Positions 55,816 through 64,000 of a DNA stretch of 64,000 nucleotides are shown one piece after another; the first letter of the stretch is position 1, and each line of letters opens with the position of its first letter. A model generated the notes under the pieces. That model did not search any database and had not been told where the DNA came from. It saw nothing but the letters and a program-made list of their open reading frames with translations. The stretch is from an uncultured bacterium. GTDB taxonomy: Bacteria; Omnitrophota; Omnitrophia; Omnitrophales; CAZLUT01. The DNA is taken from positions 1,172-65,171 of the forward strand of contig CAZLUT010000002.1 of assembly GCA_964562805.1 (NCBI GenBank). Reading direction: 5' to 3'. A program made the position numbers and the translations under genes.

Positions 55816-56447
55816 CAATCACTCCGGAGAGAATGCGAAAGCTTGATGAGATCAGTATTAAAAAATATGGGATTCCTAGTGTTGTCCTGATGGAGAATGC
55901 GGGTAGGGGCGCAGCACTTCGAATCCTTGGTCTTATTAAGAAAAATCAAAAAATACTAATTATTTGCGGCAGTGGAAATAATGGGGGCGATGGTTTTGTG
56001 GTGGCGAGGCACTTGGCTAATCAAGGAATTAAAGTTGGAGTCATTTTTTTAGGGAACGTTAAAAAACTTACTCCTGACGCTAAAATTAATTACGGAATTA
56101 TTAAGAGAATGAAAATTTCAATTAATACTGCTAAACAACTAAAACCTCTTCTTTTAAAATCCAACTTAATAATTGATGGAATTTTTGGAACCGGTTTGAC
56201 CCGTCCTATTGAAGGTGAATTGGCTGAAGTGGTTGAATCCATAAATCATTCAAAAAAACCGGTTGTGTCACTCGATATTCCCTCAGGTCTTAACGGAAAG
56301 ACGGGGAAAGTGATGGGAAGTGCTATTAAGGCAAAAGAAACCGTGACTTTTGGTGCTCCCAAAACCGGCTTTTACAAAAACGACGGCCCTCGGCATGCCG
56401 GGAAAATTACAATAGTCGATATCTCCATTCCCCAAGCCTTATTCTAG
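55803..56447 (+). CDS. nnrE: NAD(P)H-hydrate epimerase (YjeF N-terminal domain)
   Basis: ICGSGNNGGDGFVVARHL and LDIPSGL. Size 214 aa. GTG start. Confidence 0.8.
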   Translation: MVSKAITPERMRKLDEISIKKYGIPSVVLMENAGRGAALRILGLIKKNQKILIICGSGNNGGDGFVVARHLANQGIKVGVIFLGNVKKLTPDAKINYGIIKRMKISINTAKQLKPLLLKSNLIIDGIFGTGLTRPIEGELAEVVESINHSKKPVVSLDIPSGLNGKTGKVMGSAIKAKETVTFGAPKTGFYKNDGPRHAGKITIVDISIPQALF

Positions 56448-56503
56448 TCTTCTGTCTGATCCTCGTAGATTGAAGACACAGAAGATTCAGGGTAAGAAAG
56501 GAG

Positions 56504-56615
56504 AAGAAATACCACTCAAAACAATTAGCGCACTTTGCGGAGGCGAGGAGATCCTCTGCCATTTTAATGGCAGATAGCTCCGAGCGAAGCGGCGCGTTTT
56601 GAGTGGTATTTCTTC
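56504..56615 (+). other. Structured element with a 20-bp perfect stem (GAAGAAATACCACTCAAAAC / GTTTTGAGTGGTATTTCTTC) and a 72-nt loop with internal hairpins; candidate ncRNA or regulatory element
   Basis: Perfect 20-nt inverted repeat. Inner palindrome CTGCCATTTTAATGGCAG and CGGAG...CTCCG pairing. Located in the 223-bp gap upstream of lipA. Confidence 0.4.
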
Positions 56616-56670
56616 CCCTTCCTCAACTCGATGACACTTCAATACTCTCTCTTGACCTTTTTTATCTCTT

Positions 56671-57564
56671 TTGTTACAAGGAGCTATGAATCAGACCCAA
56701 CCCCGTAAACCAGATTGGTTAAAGCGTCCTTTACCTCAGGGCTCAAGTGAGCCGACCCAGCGTTTAATCCGTAAACTGGGATTAAACACGGTCTGTAAAG
56801 AAGCTGGATGCCCCAATAAACAGGAGTGTTTTTCTAAGCAAACGGCTACTTTTTTAATCGGTGGTAAATTTTGCACAAGAAACTGCAAGTTTTGCTCGGT
56901 GGAATCCGGAAGACCTGAAGAGATTGACCCCGAAGAACCGGAAAAAATAGCAAAAGCCGCAAAAGAAATGAATTTAAAGTATGTTGTTATAACCTCCGTC
57001 ACTCGAGATGATTTAACGGATGGTTTGGCAAATCATTTCCGCGCAACCATTCAAGCAATTCGCTGTCTAACGCCTGAAGTTTCTATCGAAGTGTTAACTC
57101 CGGATTTTAAAGGCCGGAGGGAATTGATCGAAATAGTTTTGAAGGAAATGCCCCAGGTATTTAATCACAACATTGAAACGGTACGGAGACTTACCCCGCT
57201 TATTCGTTCAGAGAGCGATTATAAAAGAAGCCTTTCGGTTTTGAAACTTGCAGCCTCTTATAATCCAAAGATTAAAATTAAAAGCGGCCTAATGGTTGGT
57301 TTGGGGGAAAGATGCGAAGAAATCGTAGAATCATTAGTGGATCTGAAAGAGGCTGGAGTCCAAATGGTTACAATTGGCCAATATTTAAGGCCCCATACCG
57401 GATGTTTGCCTGTTAAAGAGTATCTAGAGCCCCAAAAATTCGCTTTTTATACTAAAAAAGCGAAGGAAATAGGTTTTTTTGCGGTTCGATCTGGACCTTT
57501 TGTTCGAAGTTCCTATAATGCTAAAGAATCCTTCAGCGAAATGTCAACTTCGCCCGGTATTTAG
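56671..57564 (+). CDS. lipA: Lipoyl synthase
   Basis: CKEAGCPNKQEC and radical SAM CTRNCKFC. Motifs SGLMVGLGE and RSSY. An alternative ATG start lies at 56686. Confidence 0.9.
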   Translation: MLQGAMNQTQPRKPDWLKRPLPQGSSEPTQRLIRKLGLNTVCKEAGCPNKQECFSKQTATFLIGGKFCTRNCKFCSVESGRPEEIDPEEPEKIAKAAKEMNLKYVVITSVTRDDLTDGLANHFRATIQAIRCLTPEVSIEVLTPDFKGRRELIEIVLKEMPQVFNHNIETVRRLTPLIRSESDYKRSLSVLKLAASYNPKIKIKSGLMVGLGERCEEIVESLVDLKEAGVQMVTIGQYLRPHTGCLPVKEYLEPQKFAFYTKKAKEIGFFAVRSGPFVRSSYNAKESFSEMSTSPGI

Positions 57565-57647
57565 CCGTTAATTAGTAAACCTGATTAGTATGGGTATATT
57601 AAATATGGATTTTGAGTTAATTTTAATTAAAAAGGAATGTAAAGTCA

Positions 57648-58910
57648 GTGGTTAAGAAAAAGATAAAAAAAAGAAAAAAAGTTAAAACACATCCGCCGCT
57701 TGTTTTGGATCCAAAGCACAGCTTTATCCAGGAAGCTAACCGGATGAAAAGACTCCCGCCCTACCTTTTCACATTAGTAGATGATATTAAAAGGGAAGTG
57801 GTCGCGACTGGCGTTGATGTAGTTGATTTTTCGATGGGGAGCCCTGATCTGGAGCCGCCCCAGCATATTATCGATGCTCTTAAAAATTCGCTTCATAACC
57901 CGGGTGTTCATCGTTACTCAAAATGGGATCACGATGTTGAAAAGAGACTCCGCTCAGCAATTAGTCATTGGTATAAGAGAAAATTTAATGTTTCGCTTAA
58001 TCCGGATACTGAAGTATTGCCTTTACTTGGATCCAAAGAAGGGATTGCTCACCTTTGTTTGGCTTTTATGAATAATGATGACCTGGCACTCGTTCCAAGC
58101 CCGGCTTACCCTGTGCATTTCAATGGAATCATCATGGCAGGGGGTATTCTTTACAATATTCCGACCAATGAAGAAAATAATTGGCTCCCTGATTTGTTTA
58201 GCCTACCCAAAGAAACAGTTCGCCTGAGCAAGCTCCTTTTTTTAAGCTATCCCCACAACCCAACAACGGCTATTTGCGATGAAGAATTTTTTGAAAAAGT
58301 AGTTCATTGGGCAAAGGGTAAAGATATTATCGTAGTCCATGATTTTGCTTATTCTGATTTTGTTTATGGTAAGAAAAAAGTTCCCAGCATGCTTAACATA
58401 AAAGGCGCCAGGGACTTTACGATTGAGATTCATTCTTTGTCCAAGTCTTACAGTATGGCTGGCTGGCGCCTTGGTTTTGCGGTGGGAAACCAGCTTATTT
58501 TAGATAAACTTAAAAAAACCAAAAGCTATTGCGATTTTGGTATTTTTCAGGGAGTTCAGGAAGCTGCTATTGCAGCTCTCAACGGACCGCAAGGCTATGT
58601 TAAAAAAATAGTTGCCATTTATAAAAAGCGCCTTGAGTTTTTTACCAAAGGGCTTCGGGAAATTGGCTGGGATGTTGCGATGCCGAAATCAACTTTCTAT
58701 ATCTGGGCTAAGATACCTTTGAGATATGCCGCACTCACTTCTTTGGAGTTTTGCGAGTTAATGCTCCGCGAGGCGGGAGTAGCCGTCTCACCAGGTACGG
58801 GCTTCGGTGATTTTGGAGAAGGTTACGTGCGTTTTGCTTTAGTTGAGCCCGAAAACAGAATGAAGATAGCTCTGAAAAGAATTAAAGCTCTCTTAGAGAG
58901 AAAGGACTAA
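57648..58910 (+). CDS. Fold-type I (class I/II) aminotransferase, possibly LL-diaminopimelate aminotransferase-like
   Basis: LPPYLF N-terminal motif, GSKEGIAHL, SLSKSYSMAGWRLGF with the PLP lysine, and NPTT. The GTG start gives a Lys-rich extension. ATG at 57744 is an alternative start. Confidence 0.7.
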   Translation: MVKKKIKKRKKVKTHPPLVLDPKHSFIQEANRMKRLPPYLFTLVDDIKREVVATGVDVVDFSMGSPDLEPPQHIIDALKNSLHNPGVHRYSKWDHDVEKRLRSAISHWYKRKFNVSLNPDTEVLPLLGSKEGIAHLCLAFMNNDDLALVPSPAYPVHFNGIIMAGGILYNIPTNEENNWLPDLFSLPKETVRLSKLLFLSYPHNPTTAICDEEFFEKVVHWAKGKDIIVVHDFAYSDFVYGKKKVPSMLNIKGARDFTIEIHSLSKSYSMAGWRLGFAVGNQLILDKLKKTKSYCDFGIFQGVQEAAIAALNGPQGYVKKIVAIYKKRLEFFTKGLREIGWDVAMPKSTFYIWAKIPLRYAALTSLEFCELMLREAGVAVSPGTGFGDFGEGYVRFALVEPENRMKIALKRIKALLERKD

Positions 58911-58931
58911 ACCTTTTAAAAAAGGAGTTTT

Positions 58932-60050
58932 ATGAGGGTCTTTTTTAAGCAAAAGATTTTCTTTTTAACTTTTCTTTTGGTTTTTCTTGGTCTTACAGTA
59001 AGTGCTTTTGCATATCGTGCGCCCGGTCTTCAAACGCATCGCGTTTCACTTAAAGGCGCCGAATATTTTCCGCTCAAAAAAGTAGCAGACCACCATAATT
59101 TTTCGATTGAATGGGACGGATTAACCCAAAAAATCGTTCTCTATAAAGACGGTAAATATTTAAGTTTTATCGTTGGTGAGCCATTTTATCTTATTGGTAA
59201 TCATGTAAACGCTTTGAAATATCCGGCCCAAGTTCGGAGGGGTAAAATATTAATACCCAAACAGCTTGCTTATAACTCGTGGTGGAAAAGACAAGCCTCT
59301 CCGCGCATGTTCCAAGCCACTCTTTCGAAACTTCCATTTCCGAAAGGTCAATTCACTATTTCTAAAATTGTTTTAGATCCCGGCCATGGCGGCAAGGATA
59401 AGGGTGCAAGGGCTTACGGGTTAATGGAAAAAAATATTAATTTACAGATTGCAAAGCGTATCCGTGATAAATTAAGAGCCAACGGCATTCAAGTGCTGAT
59501 GACTCGAGAAACGGATCGTTACGTTTCTTTGCAGGGAAGGTCGAAAATCGCGAATCGGTCCAACGCCGATCTTTTTATAAGTGTTCACGCTAACGCTTCC
59601 GCTAATGCCCGCAGCGCTTCCGGATTTGAAGTTTTTTACCTCTCAGAAGCTTTGAATGATAATGCCCGTGCGGTTCAAATTTTGGAGAATTCATCCATTC
59701 AGTATGATGAAAATGTAATTTTTCCCAATAAAAACACGAAAGACCCGACAGTCTGGGATTTGGTTTTGACTGAAAACCGAAAGGAATCCGCCGAGCTTGC
59801 CAAGATCATAAATAACAAAGTGTGGCGATCCCGCTTAACAAAAGTCAGAGGTGTCAAGACCGCCCGGTTTCATGTTTTGAAATGGACCGATAAACCATCT
59901 ATTTTGATCGAGACAGGATTTTTGACAAATTATAGGGAAGCCAGAAATTTAAAAAATTCCAAATATCAGGATCGCTTGGCAATTCAGATTACAAAGGGAA
60001 TTCTTGAATATAAAGAGCTCTACGAACAGACGAACGGCTTTACGAGATAG
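58932..60050 (+). CDS. N-acetylmuramoyl-L-alanine amidase (Amidase_3, AmiC-like) with an N-terminal targeting domain
   Basis: Signal peptide. IVLDPGHGGKDKGA, DLFISVHANA and GFLTN. Confidence 0.8.
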   Translation: MRVFFKQKIFFLTFLLVFLGLTVSAFAYRAPGLQTHRVSLKGAEYFPLKKVADHHNFSIEWDGLTQKIVLYKDGKYLSFIVGEPFYLIGNHVNALKYPAQVRRGKILIPKQLAYNSWWKRQASPRMFQATLSKLPFPKGQFTISKIVLDPGHGGKDKGARAYGLMEKNINLQIAKRIRDKLRANGIQVLMTRETDRYVSLQGRSKIANRSNADLFISVHANASANARSASGFEVFYLSEALNDNARAVQILENSSIQYDENVIFPNKNTKDPTVWDLVLTENRKESAELAKIINNKVWRSRLTKVRGVKTARFHVLKWTDKPSILIETGFLTNYREARNLKNSKYQDRLAIQITKGILEYKELYEQTNGFTR

Positions 60051-60067
60051 TGAATAGCAAAGCCGAC

Positions 60068-60130
60068 TACTAACCACTAACGACTAACGACCAACGACTA
60101 GTCACTAACGACCAAATACTAAAGACTAAA
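60068..60130 (+). repeat. Nine tandem heptamer repeats, consensus NACTAAC
   Basis: TACTAAC CACTAAC GACTAAC GACCAAC GACTAGT CACTAAC GACCAAA TACTAAA GACTAAA, abutting the murI start. Confidence 0.6.
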
Positions 60131-60135
60131 AATTG

Positions 60136-60951
60136 ATGAGCAAAAAAAGTAAGATCAATTTTTCCATCGGAGTATTTGACTCTGGACTTGGCGGACTTAC
60201 CGTTGCCCGGGCTATTCGACGTTTACTCCCTGCGGAAAATATTTGTTATTTCGGAGATATCGCACGGCTCCCTTACGGTATTAAATCCAAGAAGCAAATT
60301 ATTGAATTCTCCAAGCAAAATACCAATTTTCTTCTCGGAAAAAAAATCAAAGCACTTGTTATCGCGTGTAATTCATCGGCAAGCACCAGCCTGGATGTTC
60401 TCAAAAGAAAGTATTCTCTCCCCATTATTGACGTGATTACACCGGCGGCTCATTTAGCCGCAAGCGTTACTACGAATCACCGGATTGGCATTATTGGAAC
60501 CGCGGCAACTATTGAAAGCAAGAGCTATCAAAAGGAAATTCATCGTCTTAATAGACGAATCCAAATTAAAGAGATGGCATGTCCTCTTTTTGTACCCCTG
60601 GTAGAGGCCGGCTGGCTTGATAACTCGATCACACATCTAATTATAGAAAAATATATAAAGTCACTCTTACGTTCCAAAATTGATACTTTAATTTTAGGCT
60701 GCACCCACTACCCCTTACTGCACCGGGCTATTAAAAGGGTTGCGGGCCCTGGTGTTGCCTTGATTGATTCCGCCCCCTCAACCACAGAAAGGTTAAGAGA
60801 TGTTTTAAAACGAAGAGGTCTTTTAAAAGAGGGTGTGGGATCGCATGGAAGTCTAAAGATTTATGTCTCAGACCTGCCCCGAAATTTTCTGAAAATAGGC
60901 GAAAGATTTCTCGGGCAAAAAATTACTCATATTCGTACCGTTCCTATTTAA
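60136..60951 (+). CDS. murI: Glutamate racemase
   Basis: IGVFDSGLGGLTVARAI, CNSAS and GCTHYPLL. Confidence 0.9.
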   Translation: MSKKSKINFSIGVFDSGLGGLTVARAIRRLLPAENICYFGDIARLPYGIKSKKQIIEFSKQNTNFLLGKKIKALVIACNSSASTSLDVLKRKYSLPIIDVITPAAHLAASVTTNHRIGIIGTAATIESKSYQKEIHRLNRRIQIKEMACPLFVPLVEAGWLDNSITHLIIEKYIKSLLRSKIDTLILGCTHYPLLHRAIKRVAGPGVALIDSAPSTTERLRDVLKRRGLLKEGVGSHGSLKIYVSDLPRNFLKIGERFLGQKITHIRTVPI

Positions 60952-60985
60952 CCACTAACCACTATCCACTAGTCACTAACCACTG
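60951..60985 (+). repeat. Five tandem heptamer repeats ACCACTA (same family, shifted phase), followed by TTATAAT
   Basis: ACCACTA ACCACTA TCCACTA GTCACTA ACCACTG. A TTATAAT -10-like hexamer lies 7 nt upstream of the queD ATG. Confidence 0.55.
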
Positions 60986-60999
60986 TTATAATCCTCCCC

Positions 61000-61371
61000 A
61001 TGTACGAAGTTAGCGTTAAATCAGAAGTAAAATCAGGGCATCAATTGCGTTCCTATGACGGAAAGTGTGAGCGTCTTCACGGACATAACTGGCAAGTAGA
61101 GGTTACGGCAAGTGGCGATACTCTTGATAAATTGGGTGTCATTATTGATTTTCATATTTTAAAAGAAAAATTAGATAGGGTCTTGGCCCCTTTTGATCAT
61201 ACTCGAATGAATTCTGTGCCTCCTTTTGATCAAATAAATCCTTCGGCTGAAAATTTAGCCAATTTTGTATGTGAAAAATTAATGAAAGAGCCCGAAATTT
61301 CAAAAGTTTGCCGGATTAAAAAAGTGGTTGTTGTTGAGGACGAGGGTTTTACAGCTTCTTTTACGCCATAA
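61000..61371 (+). CDS. queD: 6-carboxy-5,6,7,8-tetrahydropterin synthase
   Basis: CERLHGHNWQVEV (CxxxHGH). Size 123 aa. Confidence 0.85.
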   Translation: MYEVSVKSEVKSGHQLRSYDGKCERLHGHNWQVEVTASGDTLDKLGVIIDFHILKEKLDRVLAPFDHTRMNSVPPFDQINPSAENLANFVCEKLMKEPEISKVCRIKKVVVVEDEGFTASFTP

Positions 61372-61378
61372 ATTATCT

Positions 61379-62053
61379 ATGTCAAAAACAGTTATTCTTC
61401 TTTCAGGCGGCTTAGACTCAGCCACCACACTTGCCATTGCAAACGATAACAAACAAAAGCTTTTTGCATTATCATTTGATTACGGCCAGAAGCATTCAAG
61501 AGAGCTTCGAGCCGCTAAAAAAATAGCGGAATATTACGGTGCTAAACATATCACTTTAAAAATTCAATTCCCCTGGAAAGGAAGCGCTCTTCTAGATCCA
61601 AACGTAAAGATTCCCGAAAAGCGCTCCCTTAAAAAAATGAATCAAAAAATCCCCGCAACTTATGTGCCGGCACGCAATACGCTTTTTCTTTCATATGCCT
61701 TGTCGTGGGCGGAGACGATAAGGGCCGAATCAATTTATATAGGGGCTAATGCCTTGGATTACAGCGGCTATCCTGATTGCAGGCCCGGTTTTTTAAAAGC
61801 TATTGAACGGGCATTTACTTTGGGTTCGAAGAAAGGTGTAGAAGGTGCTAAAATCAAAATCAAGGCACCTCTTCTCAAAAAGACAAAAGCCGGAATCGTT
61901 CGGTTAGGGAAAAAATTAAAAGTTCCTTATGGGTTGACCTGGTCATGTTATAAAGGGGGGAAGAGGCCTTGCGGGAAATGCGACAGTTGTCTTTTGAGGG
62001 CAAAAGGTTTTAAAAAAGCACGGGTGAAGGATCCGTTGGTGATTGATGAATAA
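61379..62053 (+). CDS. queC: 7-cyano-7-deazaguanine synthase
   Basis: PP-loop VILLSGGLDS. Zinc cysteines CYKGGKRPCGKCDSC. Internal ATG start chosen. Confidence 0.9.
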   Translation: MSKTVILLSGGLDSATTLAIANDNKQKLFALSFDYGQKHSRELRAAKKIAEYYGAKHITLKIQFPWKGSALLDPNVKIPEKRSLKKMNQKIPATYVPARNTLFLSYALSWAETIRAESIYIGANALDYSGYPDCRPGFLKAIERAFTLGSKKGVEGAKIKIKAPLLKKTKAGIVRLGKKLKVPYGLTWSCYKGGKRPCGKCDSCLLRAKGFKKARVKDPLVIDE

Positions 62054-62747
62054 CATGAAAGCAGAAATAACAGAAATATTTTCGTCACTCCAGGGCGAGG
62101 GGCCTTATGCGGGTGAAAAACAGATTTTTGTTCGATTTAAAAGGTGTAACCTTCGCTGCGCCTATTGCGATGAGCACCGGGAGGAGTTTGAAGAGCTCGC
62201 CCCCACCGAGGTTTTAGAGAGAATTGAAGCTCTCAATATTATGCACGGCCCGCACCGATTCATTAGCTGGACGGGAGGAGAGCCTACCCTTTATTTCCGA
62301 TTTTTAAGAGAAGTCTTGCCGGCCCTCAAACAGAAAGGTTATCAAAATTATTTAGAAACGAACGGGACTTTGCCCGAAGTTTTAGAAGAGCTTCTTCCTA
62401 ATGCTGACGTTGTTGCTATGGATATAAAGCTTCCTAGTATGACTAAGGATAATTATTACTGGGCTGAACATGAAATGTTTTTAAAAAAATCCAGAGCTTC
62501 GAATCTTTTTGCGAAAATTGTCCTGTCAAAAAAAGTGAATTTAAAGGAATTTGATCAAGCTGTTGAAATTCTGAGTAAAACAAGACCTGAAACCTTGCTT
62601 GTGCTGCAACCTTTAAGTTCGGGAGAGGCTGAAATGGTTTCGAGCGAAACCATTAATTTTCTTGAAAAACTCAAAGAACGCGCTTTATTGAAACTATCTC
62701 GTGTTCAGGTAATCAAACGTTTGCACAAAATTTTGGAAATAAAATAG
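62046..62747 (+). CDS. queE: 7-carboxy-7-deazaguanine synthase (radical SAM)
   Basis: EIFSSLQGEGPYAGEKQIFVRFKRCNLRCAYCD. Confidence 0.85.
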   Translation: MNNMKAEITEIFSSLQGEGPYAGEKQIFVRFKRCNLRCAYCDEHREEFEELAPTEVLERIEALNIMHGPHRFISWTGGEPTLYFRFLREVLPALKQKGYQNYLETNGTLPEVLEELLPNADVVAMDIKLPSMTKDNYYWAEHEMFLKKSRASNLFAKIVLSKKVNLKEFDQAVEILSKTRPETLLVLQPLSSGEAEMVSSETINFLEKLKERALLKLSRVQVIKRLHKILEIK

Positions 62748-62765
62748 GCTGAAAAAGGAGTGGTT

Positions 62766-63491
62766 ATGAAACGTGTCGATGGAAGAAAAGCTAACGAAAT
62801 GAGAAAAATTAAGATTCAAAAAGATTATATTAAATATGCTTCAGGATCTTGCCTGATTGAATTCGGTAACACCAAAGTAGTTTGTACCGCTTCTATTGAA
62901 GACGGAGTACCGCGCTTTTTGAGAGGAAAAAATTCAGGATGGATTACAAGCGAATATGGAATGCTTCCGGCCTCATGCGGCAACGGAAGGATTTCTCGGG
63001 AGTCTTCCAAAGGTAAGGTGGGGGGGCGAACTCATGAAATCCAGCGCCTCATCGGAAGATCTTTAAGAACCGTTGTTGATCTTGAAGCGTTGGGTGAGAA
63101 AACAATATGGATTGACGCGGATGTTATTCAAGGTGACGGAGGCACTCGGACAGCTGCTATCACGGGAAGCTTTATTGCTTTAGTAGATGCTCTGAAAAAG
63201 TTAAAAGATAAGGAAGGGCGAGATGAACTTCCGATATTGGATACGGTTGCCGCAATTAGTGTCGGCATTGTAGAGGGTAAACCTGTTTTAGATTTATGTT
63301 ATGAAGAAGACTCTACAGCACATGTTGATATGAATTTTGTGATGACGGGACGCGGAAAAATTATTGAAGCTCAAGGGACAGCGGAGCGCGAACCTTTTAC
63401 AAAGGCAGAGATGGATCGTCTTTATCAGCTCGCATCGAAGGGTGTTAAAGAATTAACTCAGCTTCAGAAAAAACATTTAAAGCTTACGTAA
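62766..63491 (+). CDS. rph: Ribonuclease PH
   Basis: [20 protein letters not shown] and [14 protein letters not shown] at 62766 with an AAGGAG ribosome-binding site. Confidence 0.9.
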   Translation: MKRVDGRKANEMRKIKIQKDYIKYASGSCLIEFGNTKVVCTASIEDGVPRFLRGKNSGWITSEYGMLPASCGNGRISRESSKGKVGGRTHEIQRLIGRSLRTVVDLEALGEKTIWIDADVIQGDGGTRTAAITGSFIALVDALKKLKDKEGRDELPILDTVAAISVGIVEGKPVLDLCYEEDSTAHVDMNFVMTGRGKIIEAQGTAEREPFTKAEMDRLYQLASKGVKELTQLQKKHLKLT

Positions 63492-63493
63492 CC

Positions 63494-64000
63494 GTGAAAT
63501 TATTAATTGCGACCGGTAATCAAAAAAAACTTCGGGAAATTGAAGAAATTTTCTCCGGTCTGCCGCTTGAATATTTAACTCTAAAAGATTTTCCCGATTT
63601 AGAAGAGCCTGAAGAAAATGGCGAGAGCTTCGCTGAAAATGCGCTTTTGAAAGCTCATGGGTACTCAAAGCAGTCAGGTCTTTTAACATTGGCTGAAGAT
63701 TCAGGTATTTGTGTAGATGCTTTGGGCGGCGCTCCTGGAATTTATTCAGCACGTTACGCCGGTTCCACGAAAGACGATAATGATAATATCGAGAAAGTGC
63801 TGGAAGAGATAAAAGAAATTCCGGAAGGCCGTCGCACGGCTCACTATGAAAGTGCCGTTGCTCTTGCCTCCCCGGATGGAAAAGAAGAAGTGGTCTTAGG
63901 AAAAGTAGGAGGGGAACTCCTGCTCAAAAAGCGGGGAACCGGGGGGTTTGGTTACGATCCCATTTTTTACTATCCGCCTTTTAAAGCAACATTCGCTGAA
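63494..64000 (+). CDS. rdgB: Non-canonical purine NTP pyrophosphatase (RdgB/Ham1), 3' end beyond the window
   Basis: KLLIATGNQKKLREI and the FAENALLKA context. Open frame with no stop to the window end. GTG start. Confidence 0.75.
   Translation, partial: MKLLIATGNQKKLREIEEIFSGLPLEYLTLKDFPDLEEPEENGESFAENALLKAHGYSKQSGLLTLAEDSGICVDALGGAPGIYSARYAGSTKDDNDNIEKVLEEIKEIPEGRRTAHYESAVALASPDGKEEVVLGKVGGELLLKKRGTGGFGYDPIFYYPPFKATFAE

Noticed and set aside
56448-56486. Hairpin after the nnr stop as a Rho-independent terminator
   Set aside because: The stem is imperfect (C-C mismatch) and is followed by TTCAGGG rather than a U-tract. It is kept only as part of the structured-region finding.
1-64000. tRNA, rRNA and CRISPR search
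   Set aside because: No GTTCGA-type T-loop in a tRNA-like context, no rRNA-like conserved blocks and no regularly spaced direct repeats with unique spacers were seen. The only tandem repeats are 7-nt arrays, which are not CRISPR-like.

Overview
Most of this 64-kb window, at roughly 40% GC, encodes a large plus-strand cell-surface glycan locus. It appears to belong to a diderm bacterium, judging by the Wza-like export protein, a predicted outer-membrane beta-barrel and a TPR-SPOR lipoprotein. From the 5' end the order is: an O-antigen-ligase/Wzy_C-family membrane protein and a GGDDF-variant GGDEF sensor on the minus strand, then a TPR protein, a predicted outer-membrane beta-barrel, a Wza-like exporter and a Wzc-like tyrosine autokinase. 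Housekeeping pepA and folE follow, then a stand-alone PilZ protein and a periplasmic thioredoxin. From about 13.1 to 53 kb there is a roughly 40-kb glycan island. It holds a YfhO-family membrane protein, a gmd plus DegT aminotransferase pair that could make GDP-perosamine, and four GT2 plus GT-C pairs of the polyprenol-phosphate-sugar type. It also holds a complete pseudaminic acid pathway (PseB, PseC, PseH, PseG, PseI, PseF) with a PseA-like amidotransferase. A phosphonate module sits alongside: a radical SAM/SPASM enzyme, a cytidylyltransferase-PEP mutase fusion, phosphonopyruvate decarboxylase, a cytidylate kinase and a CDP-alcohol phosphotransferase-family membrane protein. Wzx, GT2 and GT4 glycosyltransferases, three SAM methyltransferases, a Nudix hydrolase and an SGNH-TPR protein complete the island. 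The 3' end is housekeeping: YkgJ, GIY-YIG, miaB, TPR-SPOR, nnr, lipA, a class-I aminotransferase, an AmiC-like amidase, murI, queDCE, rph and partial rdgB. I found no tRNA or rRNA genes, no CRISPR array and no integrase or transposase. The most interesting feature is the co-location of nucleotidyl-activated phosphonate biosynthesis with pseudaminic acid biosynthesis and polymer export. This suggests a phosphonate-decorated glycan that contains a nonulosonic acid. The locus also has c-di-GMP signalling components, a pair of near-identical promoter boxes with a perfect palindromic operator, heptamer tandem-repeat arrays and a long-stem structured element upstream of lipA. All family assignments rest on motifs read by eye. 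None was confirmed by a database search.
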